64,000 bases of DNA. It comes from Potamilus streckersoni. Its lineage: Eukaryota. The translations under genes and the position numbers were made by a program. Below the pieces are notes generated by a model. That model searched no databases. It saw only the letters and a list, made by a program, of their open reading frames with translations, and was not told the origin of the DNA. Positions 11,369 through 24,610 of the stretch are shown in pieces. Numbering within the stretch: position 1 is the stretch's first letter; the number at the start of each line of letters is the position of its first letter. The stretch spans positions 484,430-548,429 of the forward strand of contig JAEAOA010001935.1 of assembly GCA_016746295.1 (NCBI GenBank), read 5' to 3'.

Positions 11369-11928
11369 ATAAATTTCATGAACTCCTTCAGAGTAATTAT
11401 CAAGATTGAACATATCAAAATGTTCTAATACATGTACATTATTATTAACTTTTCATTTTTCAGCAGTTCACTCTAACAAATGGATCTTAGGAATTATTGT
11501 TTGTGTTTATAGATTGCAACTTTCTGGGTTCATGTTAATAAATGAACCAGTATTTCTGTCCCTGACCCTTTTTATGACATACTATTTCATTTTTGTCACA
11601 TTGTCATACATGTTTTTTTATGAATGAGTACAAGTAATAAATCTTTTGTCATTCAGCTAGTGCCCACCATTTTTCTAATATTGACTTTAATGGAAATCTC
11701 TTGTAATATCAAATATTGGGAAATTATAGTCTAAATCCTGAAAAATTTCACCTCAAAGAATTTAATGTGATGACTGAAAAATTGAAAATGTCATAAAAGT
11801 CAATAAATTTTTTTTCAAATTCAGAAATTTGCACATATTTATCATTTTAATTTCCCCTTAGTTTGTATTTAGTGTTTGTATCCATGCATCATCATCATAT
11901 GTTGTATAGATTAGTAAGTTTTACGGGT

Positions 11929-12157
11929 AGTTGTTGTTGTTGGGCTTAACGCCATTTTTCAGCACATGATAGGCTTTACATGGCGGCCAGTATTAATGGT
12001 GGAGGAAGAAACCGGGAAATCACCGGAAAGAACCACCGACCAACAAGAAGCTACTGGCAAGCTTTCTCACATATCCACATTCACTGAATCTTAGACTCGA
12101 ACACACGCAGACACAGACAGCGGTGAGATGGCAGTGATCCGTAACACTCGAGGCCCC
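11929..12157 (-). mobile_element. SINE family 1, copy truncated at the tRNA-like head
   Basis: The (GTT)n end at 11929 is followed by gggcttaacgccatttttcagcacatgataggc…gtgagatggcagtgatccgtaacactcgaggcccc. The head lacks ~30 bp relative to the 6115 copy. Confidence 0.85.
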
Positions 12158-12363
12158 ATAGGTAATTGGGCAGTGTTCATGAAATATTCCTAATGCTGCA
12201 TAAGCCAAAAGATTGTATGATTGATTGACTTGAACTGGGGGATGGGTATTTTTTTTCTTGGTAATTCGATTAAAGCAAACTTAAGTCACAGTATTAATTA
12301 CCAGGTAATACAGATTTTAATTTGCAAAGATAGAAATTTATAATTGTTTGGTCTCTGTTTACA

Positions 12364-13092
12364 GGTCAGGATTCGGATTCATCTGAGCAGATACCTGCAG
12401 GTGATGCAGCATCATTATGTCCTGCTCCCAATTTACAACTGAATACTGAGAATTCAATCAGATCGCAACAGATTAATGCTTCCAGTTTACAAGACCTACA
12501 GCCTTCAGATGGCAGCACTGCCAAAAAAAGATCATCCCCAAGCCCATCAACAGTTGCTTCCCTTTCGAACATTCGTGTAAAAGAGGTAGAATCAAACTAT
12601 TCAAATCTTTCACTTCATGAATCAGTTTCTAGTGCCTCAACTATGTCCAGTAAACGAAATAGCACAAAGCCGTCTCGATCTAAAAATAATTTGTCAAAAG
12701 CAGGACATCATACTGGTGCTAAGAACAACAAAAAAGGAGAAGCACTAACATTGTCAATAAAGACCAATGGGAAAACTGAAAATAGTTCCAGTAGTGTAGA
12801 AAGTTTGCGCTGGGACAATGCACTAGAAAATGAGGAATTAGAAAGGCAGAGGATCGAAGTATACAAAATTAATCGAAGAAAGAGATATCTTGCCGCAGCT
12901 CAAGCTAAAGGACTTGGATGGGCAATGAACTATGGGGCAAATGGTTCTCCGGTTTCAGAGGATTCTGGTATTGAAATGCACGAACGTGAATCTCATGCCG
13001 CAGTCACAGACTTTAGTACCATTAAAAGTTTAGCAATAACTAGTCAAACAAACTCCTCTATATCCAGGAATGAATTTACTCTAACAGGCTGA
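12364..13092 (+). CDS. Terminal coding exon of an unidentified Ser/Asn-rich, probably disordered, protein. The stop codon TGA is included at 13090-13092.
   Basis: Strong acceptor tctctgtttacag| at 12351-12363. An uninterrupted 243-codon frame follows, which is the longest ORF in the window and is far beyond chance in ~33% GC DNA. It extends the 12643..13092 track ORF upstream. Translation begins GQDSDSSEQIPAGDAASLCPAPNLQLNTENSIRSQQINASSLQDLQPSDGSTAKKRSSPSPSTVASLSNIRVKEVESNYSNLSLHESVSSASTMSSKRNST and ends EELERQRIEVYKINRRKRYLAAAQAKGLGWAMNYGANGSPVSEDSGIEMHERESHAAVTDFSTIKSLAITSQTNSSISRNEFTLTG*. I recognise no family. Confidence 0.6.
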   Translation, partial: GQDSDSSEQIPAGDAASLCPAPNLQLNTENSIRSQQINASSLQDLQPSDGSTAKKRSSPSPSTVASLSNIRVKEVESNYSNLSLHESVSSASTMSSKRNSTKPSRSKNNLSKAGHHTGAKNNKKGEALTLSIKTNGKTENSSSSVESLRWDNALENEELERQRIEVYKINRRKRYLAAAQAKGLGWAMNYGANGSPVSEDSGIEMHERESHAAVTDFSTIKSLAITSQTNSSISRNEFTLTG

Positions 13093-14100
13093 AAGAAAAT
13101 ACTTAGTCTTTCGATTCTTTCTAAGTAATAATTTGATAACTTTATAATAATTGTAATTAACCCAAATAGCCCATCCTTTGAATTTAATGGACATTGTATT
13201 TTCAAAATTTTTATCAGTTTAAATAATACACAAATTTCCAGACATTAAGCAAGTTCTTTTTAAAGCTAAAAATTGTAAACTGGTAATGTTTTGCTTGTAC
13301 TCAAAAATATCTGGCCATAAAGCCACTTCAACTACTCTAATTATCACATGGATTAACAGAAAGAAACACTTTTGAAAGGAAATGGTAAAGGAAAAACAAC
13401 CTTTCCTCAAGAGTCATTTGGTAGACTTAATCACTTTGAACACTGTAAAATCAGTGATCATCATCAGCTGTTAAGTGATTGCTGGCTTTGATATTTACAA
13501 AGTGTTGATGGAGATTGATTCTCAATAAATTGGATTATCTTGTGTGGTGCAAAGCATGTATGCAGGTTGTTTATCTTTCTCCTTTCAAGTACACAAAGCT
13601 GGCAAGCAAGGATATAACACAACTGGATTTACTTACCTGGACCTTGTACTTGCTTGTTACATTGATTCACAATCATGACAGGAAAGATAACAAATCCACA
13701 CAGTATTAAGGAAAATGGAAGGAATGATTTTCACTAGTGCACAAGTTATCTGGAGAAAGAGAAAAGTAATTATTTTCTATTTTCTGGATATTTGGGTAAT
13801 GACAATAATTAATTAATTCCCTTTTGTTGAATCCTGTAAGCCTTCAATATTGTTTTGGTTGATGTAAGGAAAAATATAAATGTTTTTACTGGCGTGATGT
13901 ATTTTTTCAATCTCTTTGGTGTCGGAACATTTCTTCATGATAATTTACCGTGCTTTCACTTCTCAAAAATTCAGATCAGTGAATTTTTTTATCCCAGCAT
14001 TTTCCATTATTAGCATTTAGAATTTCATGTTGTTAAAATATTTCACCAATCAGTGGCATAACACAATAACTGTGACACAAAACATAAACTTTAGCATAAA

Positions 14101-14287
14101 ACAGTACAGCAAAACCTGTCTTGAGAGACCACTGCTATGAGAGACCACCTGTCTTGAGAGACCAGGTTCTTCATGTACAGATTTATTGATTATATAGTAT
14201 TATGACCTATTATGAGAGACCACCTGTCATGAGAGACCATTATGTTTTGGCAAAAGGGGTGGTCTTTCAAGACAGGTTCCACTGTAA
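14101..14287. mobile_element. Second copy of the ~175-bp MITE with terminal inverted repeats
   Basis: Start is cagtacagcaaaacctgtcttgagagacc and end is ggtctttcaagacaggttccactgtaa. It shares ~80% identity with the 7143 copy, including the internal cctgtc(t/a)tgagagacc repeats. Confidence 0.75.
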
Positions 14288-16630
14288 TTTCACACTGTTA
14301 ACATTATTGCCTAATGCAAAGTCCTTAATGTTATCTGATTAACAGAATCTGAAACTTGTATTCATTTGACATGATATTTTTATAAAACTCCTTGGATAAT
14401 ACAATATGCAGCTCAAAACACATTTCAACATCACTGTGGCATAATGCAACATATATGGAATAACACAGTAATGCCATGATATCAATGTCATTGATATTAT
14501 TCCATGTGTTTAATAAGTTTTGTATCATATGAACACTGGTTGTGCACAATCCTATATTTATGACACATTGGTAAGAGTACATTTCGAATTCAACTTACCA
14601 GTATAACATTACAGGCAAATATTAAAAGATGATGTTGACATTTTTTTCCTGCTTGGAATTTTAATATGTTGGAAACATACAACCAGTTAACATTTGGAGG
14701 AGGCATAAAAAGACATAAAAATAATTAAAAATTACAAAAATTAAAAATTATAGTTGCTAAAGTACATAACTGAATATGAAATAGTCACAAGTAGAAAATG
14801 TCCTTACATTTTTTACTTCATTTGCTTATGTGAAATGCCTGTCCAAAAAACGGGAACACTGTATATTTGTGTGCTGCTGTGTACTTCATCAGTAAATCAG
14901 ATGGGCGCAATGTGTATATGTGTGCTGCAATGTACTTCATCAGGTTTTCCAGTGATGGAATTCAGTCAGATTTCTCTTTCCAGGCTAGAAGTTCACTTTT
15001 TCACTTGGAAAGAAAACATATACAATGGCCATTTTAAACTTCATATGAACCACCCCTCTTTAAGTCATACCCCATTGATAGAATCTTAGAGATCAGCATT
15101 TGTCTTTACTGTTTCTTGCATGACTAAATACAGTATGCACTTTTGTTGCACTATTCTTGCACTTAACATAAGTTTTGATTTTTTTTTAAGAAAAAGAATT
15201 TCCCAGAGTTTCTTCACTGGTCATCCTAGTTATTTAACTTTTTAATTCCTTTCATTTTTTGGTGAATGATTGATGGGTGTAATTTAGGTTATGGAGTATA
15301 CAGCTTGGCCTTACTTCAGATGTACACCTCTCACACTTAGTCATTTTCACTTCCTGGACTTCAAAAGGTAAATTGCAAAAATGAGCTATAAAACCTTTGT
15401 TTACAGTTTATTTATTTTATGATCCATTAGTTGCACTTTCAGAAGCTGATAATTTTCTAATCCGGAAAAATTAATTTCCTTTATTTTAATAACTGCCAAA
15501 GTTAGTGTACTTTGGACTATCAATAGGTTAGGTTCATTTCTCAAGCACATGGTAGCAGCCATTTTATTAGCTGTCATCTTTAGATAGTGCATAACTTCCT
15601 TAATAACTGCATGTAAAGAAATTTGAGTAACAGTGCATAAAACAAACCTATAGGTATGTTGACAGTATCTCCATTGTGCATGTTGTCAGTGTACCAGTCC
15701 CTTTTTCTACTAACGGTAGAGTGCTACTAAAATTTAATGAAGAAATACTATTTGTTATTGGAATTATTGTAAGTTGGCAGAAAGAAACAAGCTTGATGTT
15801 GCATAGGGTTACATCAAGTATGCATCAACTATATCAAAGTATAGCAAATTCTTGGCCCCAGATCTGAATTAAACACAATATGGTTTTGTATTTATTAATA
15901 TCCCCTCTTTTAGTTTGAATCAAATTCAGAACAGACTGGGATATATGTATACAAGTCCAGTTTGGCCTATCAATGCGCAGACATTGGTGAATGGTTGCAG
16001 TCTGGATCTCCGATATGGAAATATGGATAGATCGTCTTCGTCAAGCATCTGATCATCCGTGTAAGATGAAATCGGGATGTAATAAACTTTATGCAACAAA
16101 TAATTCACTTTAATCTTGGCATTTTTATTGTCGCCTGCTATAATCCTTATTTTAAAAGATTATCATTTGCTATAAAACTCTATAGATTTTGAAAATGGTA
16201 ATAGATATAGTAACTACCACTGCTAAAAAGGTGTTAATTCAAAATGGGGCAGAAATGTTGGCATTACAAATCAATATGAACGATAAATGTACAATACCTT
16301 TTTGTGTATAGTATTTGATATGGATGTTATTTGTTACGTTTAGTAATTGCTATGCATATTTATTGTTATGTATAGAATTTTCAGTACGTATTGTTTGTTA
16401 TGTATAGTATTTACTATGCATATTTATTGCTTTTATATAGTATTGCCAAAATAAAGATGATGACCTTATTGAGTTTTACTTCCTACATGGAGAATTTTAG
16501 CTGCACATGCAGATTTTAATTTTCATAAATGTATGAATTATAGAGAAGATATTTAAAGAAGTTGTGTTTGTACCTTGTACCTGCATTAAAGTTACAGTTG
16601 TCTAATTTACATAATAATGGGCTGTATAAG

Positions 16631-19600
16631 GTATTTAGGTATTCCACACTCCCACCCCAAATCCATTGGTCTGCAAAATGTGTTTAGGTATTCCACACTC
16701 CCACCCAAACCCAATGGTCTGCATAATGTGTTTAGGTATTCCTCACTCCCACCCAAAGCCCAATGGTCTGTATAATGTGTCTAGGTACTCCACTCTTTTA
16801 CTCCAAACCCAATGGTCTGCATAATGTGTTTAGGTATTCCTCACTCCCACCCCATACCCAATGGTCTGCAAAGTATGTTTAGATATTCCTCACTTCAACC
16901 CAAAACCCAAAGGTCTGTATAATGTATTTAGATACTCCACACTCCAACCCAAAGCCCAATGGTCTGTATAATGTGTTTAGATACTCCACACTCTGACCCA
17001 CAGCCTAATGGTCCATATAATGTGTTTAGGTACTCCACACTCTGACCCAAAGCCTAATGGTCTATATAATGTGTTTAGGTACTCCACACTCCAACCCAAA
17101 GTCCATTGGTCTATATAATGTGTTTAGGTACTCCACACTCTGACCCAAAGCCTAATGGTCTATATAATGTGTTTAGGTATTCCACACTCCAACCCAAAGC
17201 CCAATGGTCTGTATAATGTGTTCAGATACTCCACACTGTGACCCAAAGCCTAATGGTCTGCATAATGTTTAGGTACTCCACCGTCCAACCCAAAGCTCAA
17301 TGGTCTATATAATGTGTTTAGGTACTCCACACTCCAACCCAAAGCCCAATGGTCTATATAATGTGTTTAGGTACTCCACACTCTGATCCAAAGCCTAATG
17401 GTCTATATAATGTGTTTAGGTACTCCACACTCCAACCCAAAGCCCAATGGTATATATAATGTGTTTAGGTACTCAACACTCCTACCCAAAGCCTAATGGT
17501 CTGTATAATGTGTTTAGGTACTCCATACTCTGACCCAAAGCCCAATGGTCTATATAATGTGTTTAGATACTCCACACTCTGATCCAAAGCCGAATGGTCT
17601 ATATAATGTGTTTAGGTACTCCACTCTTCTACCCAAAGCCCAATGGTCTATATAATGTGTTTAGGTACTCCACACTCTGACCCAAAGCCTAATGGTCTAT
17701 ATAATGTGTTTAGATACTCCACACTCTGACCCAAAGCCTAATGGTCTATATAATGTGTTTAGGTACTCCACACTCTGACCCAAAGCCTAATGGTCTATAT
17801 AATGTGTTTAGATACTCCACACTCTGACCCAAAGCCTAATGGTCTATATAATGTGTTTAGGTACTCCACACTCTGACCCAAAGCCTAATGGTCTATATAA
17901 TGTGTTTAGATACTCCACACTCTGACCCAAAGCCTAATGGTCTATATAATGTGTTTAAGTACTCCACACTCTGACCCAAAGCCTAATGGTCTATATAATG
18001 TGTTTAGATACTCCACACTCTGACCCAAAGCCTAATGGTCTATATAATGTGTTTAGGTACTCCACACTCCAACCCAAAGCCCAATGGTCTGCATAATGTT
18101 TTTAGGTACTCCACACTCCAACCCAAAGCCCAATGGTCTGTATAATGTGTTTAGATACTCCACACTCTGATCCAAAGCCTAATGGTCTGTATAATGTGTT
18201 TAGGTACTCCACACTCTGACCCAAAGCCCAATGGTCTGCATAATATGTTTAGGTACTCCACACTCTGACCCAAAGCCTAATGGTCTCTATAATGTGTTTA
18301 GGTACTCCACACTCTGACCCAAAGCCTAATGGTCTATATAATGTGTTTAGGTACTCCACACTCTGATCCAAAGCCTAATGGTCTATATAGTGTTTAGGTA
18401 CTCCACACTCCAACCCAAAGCCCAATGGTCTGTATAATGTGTTTAGATATTCCACACTCTGATCCAAAGCCTAATGGTCTGTATAATGTGTTTAGGTACT
18501 CCACACTCTGACCCAAAGCCCAATGGTCTGCATAATATGTTTAGGTACTCCACACTCTGACCCAAAGCCTAATGGTCTCTATAATGTGTTTAGGTACTCC
18601 ACACTCTGACCCAAAGCCTAATGGTCTATATAATGTGTTTAGGTACTCCACACTCTGACCCAAAGCCTAATGGTCTATATAATGTGTTTAGGTACTCCAC
18701 ACTCTGATCCAAAGCCTAATGGTCTATATAGTGTTTAGGTACTCCACACTCCAACCCAAAGCCCAATGGTCTGTATAATGTGTTTAGGTACTCCACACTG
18801 ACCCAAAGCCCAATGGTCTGTATAATGTGTTAGATACTCCACACTCTGATCCAAAGCCTAATGGTCTGTATAATGTGTTTAGGTTGTTGTTGTTGTTGTT
18901 GTTGGGCTTAACGCCATTTTTCAGCACACGATAGGCTATTCATGGCAGCCAGTATTAATGGTGGAGGAAGAAACCGGAAAGTCACCGGAAAGAACCACCG
19001 ACCCACGAGAAGTTACTGGCAAGCTTTCTCACATATCCACAATTGGCGAATTCTAGACTCGAACCCACGCAGACAGAGGTGAGATGGCAGTAATCCGTAA
19101 CGGACAGCGCTTTAGACCAATCGGCCACTCAGGGCCCCAAATGTGTTTATAATGTGTTTAGATACTCCACACTTTTACCCATAGCCCAATGGTCTATATA
19201 ATGTGTTTAGGTACTCCACACTTCTACCCTAACCCAATGGTCTATATAAGATATTTAGGTACTCAACATTCATACCCCAAGCCTAATGGTTTGTATAATG
19301 TGTTTAGGTACTCCACAATTCTACCCAAAGCCCAATGGTCTGTATGTGTTTAGGTACTCCACACTTCTACCCTAAGCCCAAATGGTCTATATAAGATATT
19401 TAGGTACTCAACATTCATACCCCAAGCCTAATGGTTTATATAATGTGTTTAGGTACTCCACAATTCTACCCAAAGCCCAATGGTCTGTATGTGTTTAGGT
19501 ACTCCACACTTCTACCCTAAGCCCAAATGGTCTATATAAGATATTTAGGTACTCAGCATTCATACCCCAAGCCTAATGGTTTATATGTGTTTAGGTACTC

Positions 19601-19860
19601 CACGCTTCTACCTTAAACCCAATGGTCTAAATAAGATATTTAGGTACTCAACATTTCATACCCCAAGCCTAATGGTTTGTATAATGTGTTTAGGTACTCC
19701 ACACTCCTACCCAAAGCCCAACGGTCAATATAATGTATATAGGTACTTACCACTCATACCCTAACCCCAATGGTCTGTGTAAGATATTTAGGTACTCAAC
19801 ACTTCTACCCCAAGCCCAGTGGTCTCCATAAGGTATTTAGGCTCCTACCCCATACCCAGT
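16631..19860. repeat. Satellite array, 49-bp unit (aatgtgtttaggtactccacactctgacccaaagcctaatggtctatat), ~60 copies
   Basis: Period is 49 bp (17703 to 17752). The core 17.0-18.9 kb is homogeneous. Diverged variants sit at both edges, with a ~98-bp dimeric variant (…cacttctaccctaagcccaaatggtctatataagatatttaggtactcaacattcataccccaagcctaatggttt…) at 19140-19860. The array is interrupted by the SINE at 18884-19138. Confidence 0.9.
18884..19138 (-). mobile_element. SINE family 1 inserted into the 49-bp satellite array
   Basis: The satellite unit is interrupted after aatgtgtttagg. The insert runs from (GTT)n gggcttaacgcc through cggccactcagggcccc. The satellite resumes with aaatgtgttta, a ~10-bp target-site duplication. 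Confidence 0.9.
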
Positions 19861-20249
19861 TTTGTCTGCTTGATTGATGTATTCATGTGAAATGGACCCA
19901 TTTGTAGACAAATTCTTTTCTAAAAAGATGGCATTTTTTATGGTAACTAGGTCTTTCTCCATGAAGTCAGTTACAACTTATATTCATTTTAAATAGAAAT
20001 GTGTGCTATAAAAACATGAATATTGTTTTTTTTATATCAAGATAGTCCATAATATTAGATTATATTATAATATTATATTAACAAAAATTAGGTCCATAAT
20101 ATTATCTGTATATTTCTTCTTATTTGTGTAAATTTTACTCCAGCTTGAAGACTTGTAACAGGAACTAGAAGTTTGTTTTACAGATACTTGACCATATAGT
20201 GAGAGAACTAATCATGAGCTTTCATTTGTAATGATGTTGGATGTTGGTT

Positions 20250-20400
20250 TCAATAGGCCAAATTAGGTATATAATAAGTTTAAATAGGTCAAATTAGGTA
20301 TAGAATAGGTTTTAATAGGCCGTATTAGGTATATAATAGGTTTAAATAGGCCATATTAGGTATAGAATAGGTTTAAATAGACCAAATTAGGTATAGAAAA
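20250..20400. repeat. Tandem repeat, ~33-bp unit x4.5 (ataggccaaattaggtatataataagtttaa)
   Basis: Direct reading of the sequence. Confidence 0.8.
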
Positions 20401-20742
20401 TGAACATTAAGTGTAATCCTAAAAGCTTGATTTTGTTTACTGATAATGTTCTAGTATGGGAATTCATGTTTTTTAAAATTTACCTGGATTCTTGCATTAT
20501 GAACATTGCCTTAGACTAGCAAGTTATTTTCTGACACATTTTTGCAGGGGACTGGTAAACAGTTATAGTAGGGTGTTTTTGTTGCCGAAGAGTTTAGCTA
20601 TAGCTTCACTGGGGAAGAGTTTGAACAATTTTCAGTTTTTTTAGGATAACATTTAAATGAGAGTACTACAAAATATTTTAAAGATATCTAGATCCCTTTC
20701 ATAAATTCTTACCATTATAATTAGGTCATAGAGGCCAGCTTG

Positions 20743-20744
<2 letters not shown>

Positions 20745-20816
<72 letters not shown>
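20745..20816. repeat. (AT)n microsatellite, ~36 copies
   Basis: Direct reading of the sequence. Confidence 0.95.
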
Positions 20817-20824
<8 letters not shown>

Positions 20825-20895
20825 ATTTATAAATCGTACTCTACGTAGTTTCGAACGCAGGAGTTCGCGGGTAAATGGCATCAATGGCTGTATTA
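20817..20895 (+). mobile_element. Partial copy of the palindromic MITE core next to (AT)38
   Basis: It contains gagagaatttataaatcgtactctacgtagtttcgaacgcaggagttcgcgggtaaatggcatc. Confidence 0.55.
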
Positions 20896-21239
20896 TTAAG
20901 CAATCTCCTGTAAAATCTAGGGACAAGCGGTTTCCGTTCCGTTCGGTGTATATTCCATAGAATAAAGATATCCCATTGTTGGGGAATAAAAATGCAAATA
21001 CAAAATCAAGTTCATGCTTTCTTGTAACATGCACATCATTACAATAATCTCCGATATGTTGAAAGTGATGAATTAACATTAGAGTATCTTGTAAGATAGT
21101 AATACATAAAACGTTAAAAATTGTAAGTATAGTAGTATATTCACAATTTACTGTAATATACCAATCTGGACAGTTTTAAGAAATCTTTAATATAAAAATA
21201 CTTACCTACCTAGTAAGACATGCATTAAAAGTAGATATT

Positions 21240-22055
21240 GTTACAAGCCAGGTGTCTTTGCTTCACCGAGCGGTGTCAAAACCATGGCGCGATTCCCCAA
21301 AGAAGTCTTAAGTTTACCCCAAATTTCCAAAGACTTCTATACAACTTCAATTGTAAGTCGGAAAGCTCGATGTGTCCATTCTATATCTAAATTTTACTCT
21401 AATCAATGCAGGACCACATTATTCACAACTTGCCAAATAGCCATCAACCCCACATCCGCATAGTTTCTCTACATCAACTTTCCGTATCGTTAGCAGTTCA
21501 CACCTTATAAACTCTAGAACTATCCCTAACACAGTGTACTATTTTAACTACGCCACCTTAGGCCAGTCAATCTATGGTTTCAAGGCACACCAAGACAGTA
21601 AAACTACATCACATTTGCCACCATGGCGAGATAAACGCTATCTGCCGAGTCCCTTCTCATTTGTTCTATAGTGTAAAATTTACCGGTTTCCCAACGTAAA
21701 TGTGCCACTGCAGTCACACCAACCAATGCACACCATTAGATTTTATTAAGTACTACATCACTGCAGGGTTACTCGTGCGGATTGGGTCTGAATTCGCTAC
21801 TCATTGACCATGGCATCATGGAAACTCACTAACACTTTCCGTGACGTTTGCTCCTAGTAAGTGGCTAATTATTTCGGGCTAAGGAATATTTCTCATTGCA
21901 CCGAATTCCAATAATCAAACAAGTAATCACACAAACCTAAGAATTGCGCAAACGGACCGCTATAACCAAATGCGGATCGCCATAATTTTATTACAATATT
22001 AAAGCGACACAGTTAAACATAATTGGTTTTCCTAAAAAAAAAAAAAAAAAATAGG
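21240..22055 (+). other. CpG-rich, ORF-less ~0.8-kb segment terminating in A19 (22037-22055), a candidate retroposed (non-LTR/SINE-like or processed) sequence
   Basis: The segment shows an abrupt rise in CG dinucleotides (for example ccgagcggtg, ggcgcgattcc, cgtgcggattgggtctgaattcgc) and ends in a pure poly(A) tract. No ORF of 60 aa or more is present. Confidence 0.3.
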
Positions 22056-22828
22056 TGTATACAGCTACTGAAGTTCCTGAAACAAGGGACATTTAGAAGA
22101 AAATGATATCCATCTTCTAGAATTATGATAAATTTACACATTCAAGTCTTATTTTTTCTGTTTTAACAACCAGATTAAAAATCTGATCTTGTTGACGATG
22201 CTGTTAATTATAATTAGGCATTGCAGTTAAATATTTTCAGATGTTATTTATTGATAGCAAAAATTCTTTAGAAAATATCTCATCATGAACTCTCTAAACC
22301 TGCATCTCCATTTTTAATAAAACTATCTGACAGCTTTCGTTTTACACTAACATGATTTTGTTTTCTGTGTAAGTCGGTTCTAGTACAAACTTTGTATGGT
22401 TTTTCTTAAGCAACTTTTAGGAGTGCAACGATATGCCCAAAGCCATATACCAAACTCATATTGCAATACGCATATTGCAATACAATAATGAAAACAATAA
22501 AATAATTACAATGACATTTGCTACTTTGAAAAATATAACATCTATACGTGATTTTACCCTGTAAGCCTTACAATGGTAGTCGATTGAACACATCAAATAA
22601 AAATGAAACAATTCTATACATGAAAGTTGTTAAATTATCAGCAGATAAAAAAATCCGTCATTTTTTTTTTTTTTTGTATGTCGGTGTTTTAATTTAAACT
22701 TACAGGAGCACTGATTTACATGTCTCAACGCGTTTGAACTTTTACATTTTTTAGCATGATATTAAATAAGTCACTGCATATTTTTTAAGGAAATTTAACA
22801 TATTGACCACGGTTGTACTCAAAGAACT

Positions 22829-23116
22829 GCTCCAGTGGTCTAAGTAGTTATGCGTCCGCATCGGTTACGGGAGATCGCGGGTACGAACCCCTGCATAGTT
22901 ACACCAAAGACTTTTTAAAATGGTTCCTCGCAGTTGCCTTCCTTGTCGCTCAGCATTAAGATGTTAGTGTTAGGACTGGTCGGCCTGGTATCAGGAAAAT
23001 GTGGCTGGGTGGGACACGATGCTACATGTCTGCGAGACGAGACCCCAATGCTAGACATCACTGTAAACTGCCACACTGCAAACATCGTCGCGATATGACT
23101 CACGAACACACACACT
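22829..23116 (+). mobile_element. SINE family 2 copy with an (AC)n tail
   Basis: It begins gctccagtggtctaagtagttatgcgtccgcatcggttacgggagatcgcgggtacgaacccc and ends tcgcgatatgactcacgaacacacacac. It is collinear with the reverse complements of the other two copies. Confidence 0.85.
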
Positions 23117-24439
23117 GTACTCAAAGCAGCCCTCTGTGCGGTAACAATGTCTCCTGCTGTAATAAAGCTTTACTCTCACCAACGGCAAGGAAGTTGCAAA
23201 ATTGCATAGCTACTATGGCTACCATTTCAAAGGATCCTTAGCCAATATTAATAGGGATTCACTCCAGAACAAGTCAACCTCATTCTTCACTTTGTGAAGT
23301 CTTGATTGAGTTTTGTTACTTTACTTTCATTACGGAAAAGACATAAACACACGAGGTAGGATAAAGTTTATAAATTATCAATCATAACTTAAAAAATATT
23401 CCCCGGTCTTGTTTTGCCCCCACTTACCCACTCACCCTTCAAACTAAGCCTGAATGCCCAATATTGGTACTGTGAATTACATTTTGCATTCTCTTTCAAT
23501 CTCGTGGTAAACATGTATCAGTGAGAAAAAGAAAATCTAGATTTCTAAATAAATTGCACAAATTGTAAGGAATACACAGATTTGTAAGACCGTGAAAATA
23601 TTGCGGTACAGAAAATCGTCTTGCGGTATGTTTTGCCCGAACATCAAACCGCAATATTAACTGTCATAAAATATTTTACAATATGTTCTACCAGCTTCAC
23701 CATATATACAATCAATTTGTGTACACTGTCTTACGCCAAACAATTTCTTTATGTCCTGTAATTATCCAATTTAAAAGGAATTAACTTATGCAAATCTCGA
23801 TACTTTTGTTCCGTAATTTAATATAGGAGTTACTTTTTGTCAGGTAATTCCAAATCGAGGCTTACAGAAAGTTTAGTGAATTTGTAAAGATATCTACTTT
23901 ATTTACTTAACTAAGTCTGATCAGGTTTTTAGCGCTTATGATCAAGATCTACCTATGGAGAAAAAAAATTCGAATAAGAAAATTGTTCTGCAGTCTCAGT
24001 TCAATTCCTATCAAAGAAAACATTAAAGTATCATGGTGTTCTGCCTGTCTTAAATATAGTTAATTTTGTTTTTGTCTTATTTACCAATAATTTCCATTTA
24101 TCAAAGTACAGTTTTTAAGTGCCAATTTAATTTTGCAAACCAATAGCTAAGGCAAAGAAATTTATTTATCATCAACATACATTATTAATTTTTGCAACAA
24201 TGCAGTATCTATTCCTATCCCATCAACATAGTTTATGTAGAATGCATCATGTTGTTTGTTTATATACATTAGAAGTAACAATGAAGACAAGCAATTGCCT
24301 TGGCATACACCTTAAAAGCACGAAAGCTTTTATTAAGTAAATTTTGAGACTTTTGATTTTTATTTTTTACATTTGCATACATACTTTGAATAACACCGCC
24401 TACATTCGCAGTCCAGTCCAACTGCTTAAATCCAGATAT

Positions 24440-24610
24440 GCCGTCTCATATTGTGCAGGCAGATCTTGGTTGTTAAGAGTACCCATTAGAACAAACAACA
24501 CAGACATTGCTCTGCAGGCTCATTATGCTATGGCAGATGAGGATGTTTGTTGTTTGAAGTTTTATTCGACTTATAAACGAGTACACCGGCAACATTTTGC
24601 CATGAATGTG
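24440..24610 (+). mobile_element. Family 3 element copy
   Basis: A hairpin caaacaacacagacattgctctgcag … gatgaggatgtttgttgtttg encloses cattatgctatggcagatgagga. The 3' end is tttgaagttttattcgacttataaacgagtacac. Confidence 0.6.

Noticed and set aside
12366-12572. Minus-strand ORF 12366-12572 (68 aa)
   Set aside because: It is antisense to the much longer + strand exon frame at 12364-13092, which has a proper splice acceptor. It is a shadow ORF.
14754-15089. 111-aa ORF at 14754-15089
   Set aside because: It spans a local ~45-bp duplication (…gtgtgctgctgtgtacttcatcag… / …gtgtgctgcaatgtacttcatcag…). It is Cys/Leu-rich and low complexity, and there are no splice signals or similarity. It is most likely chance.
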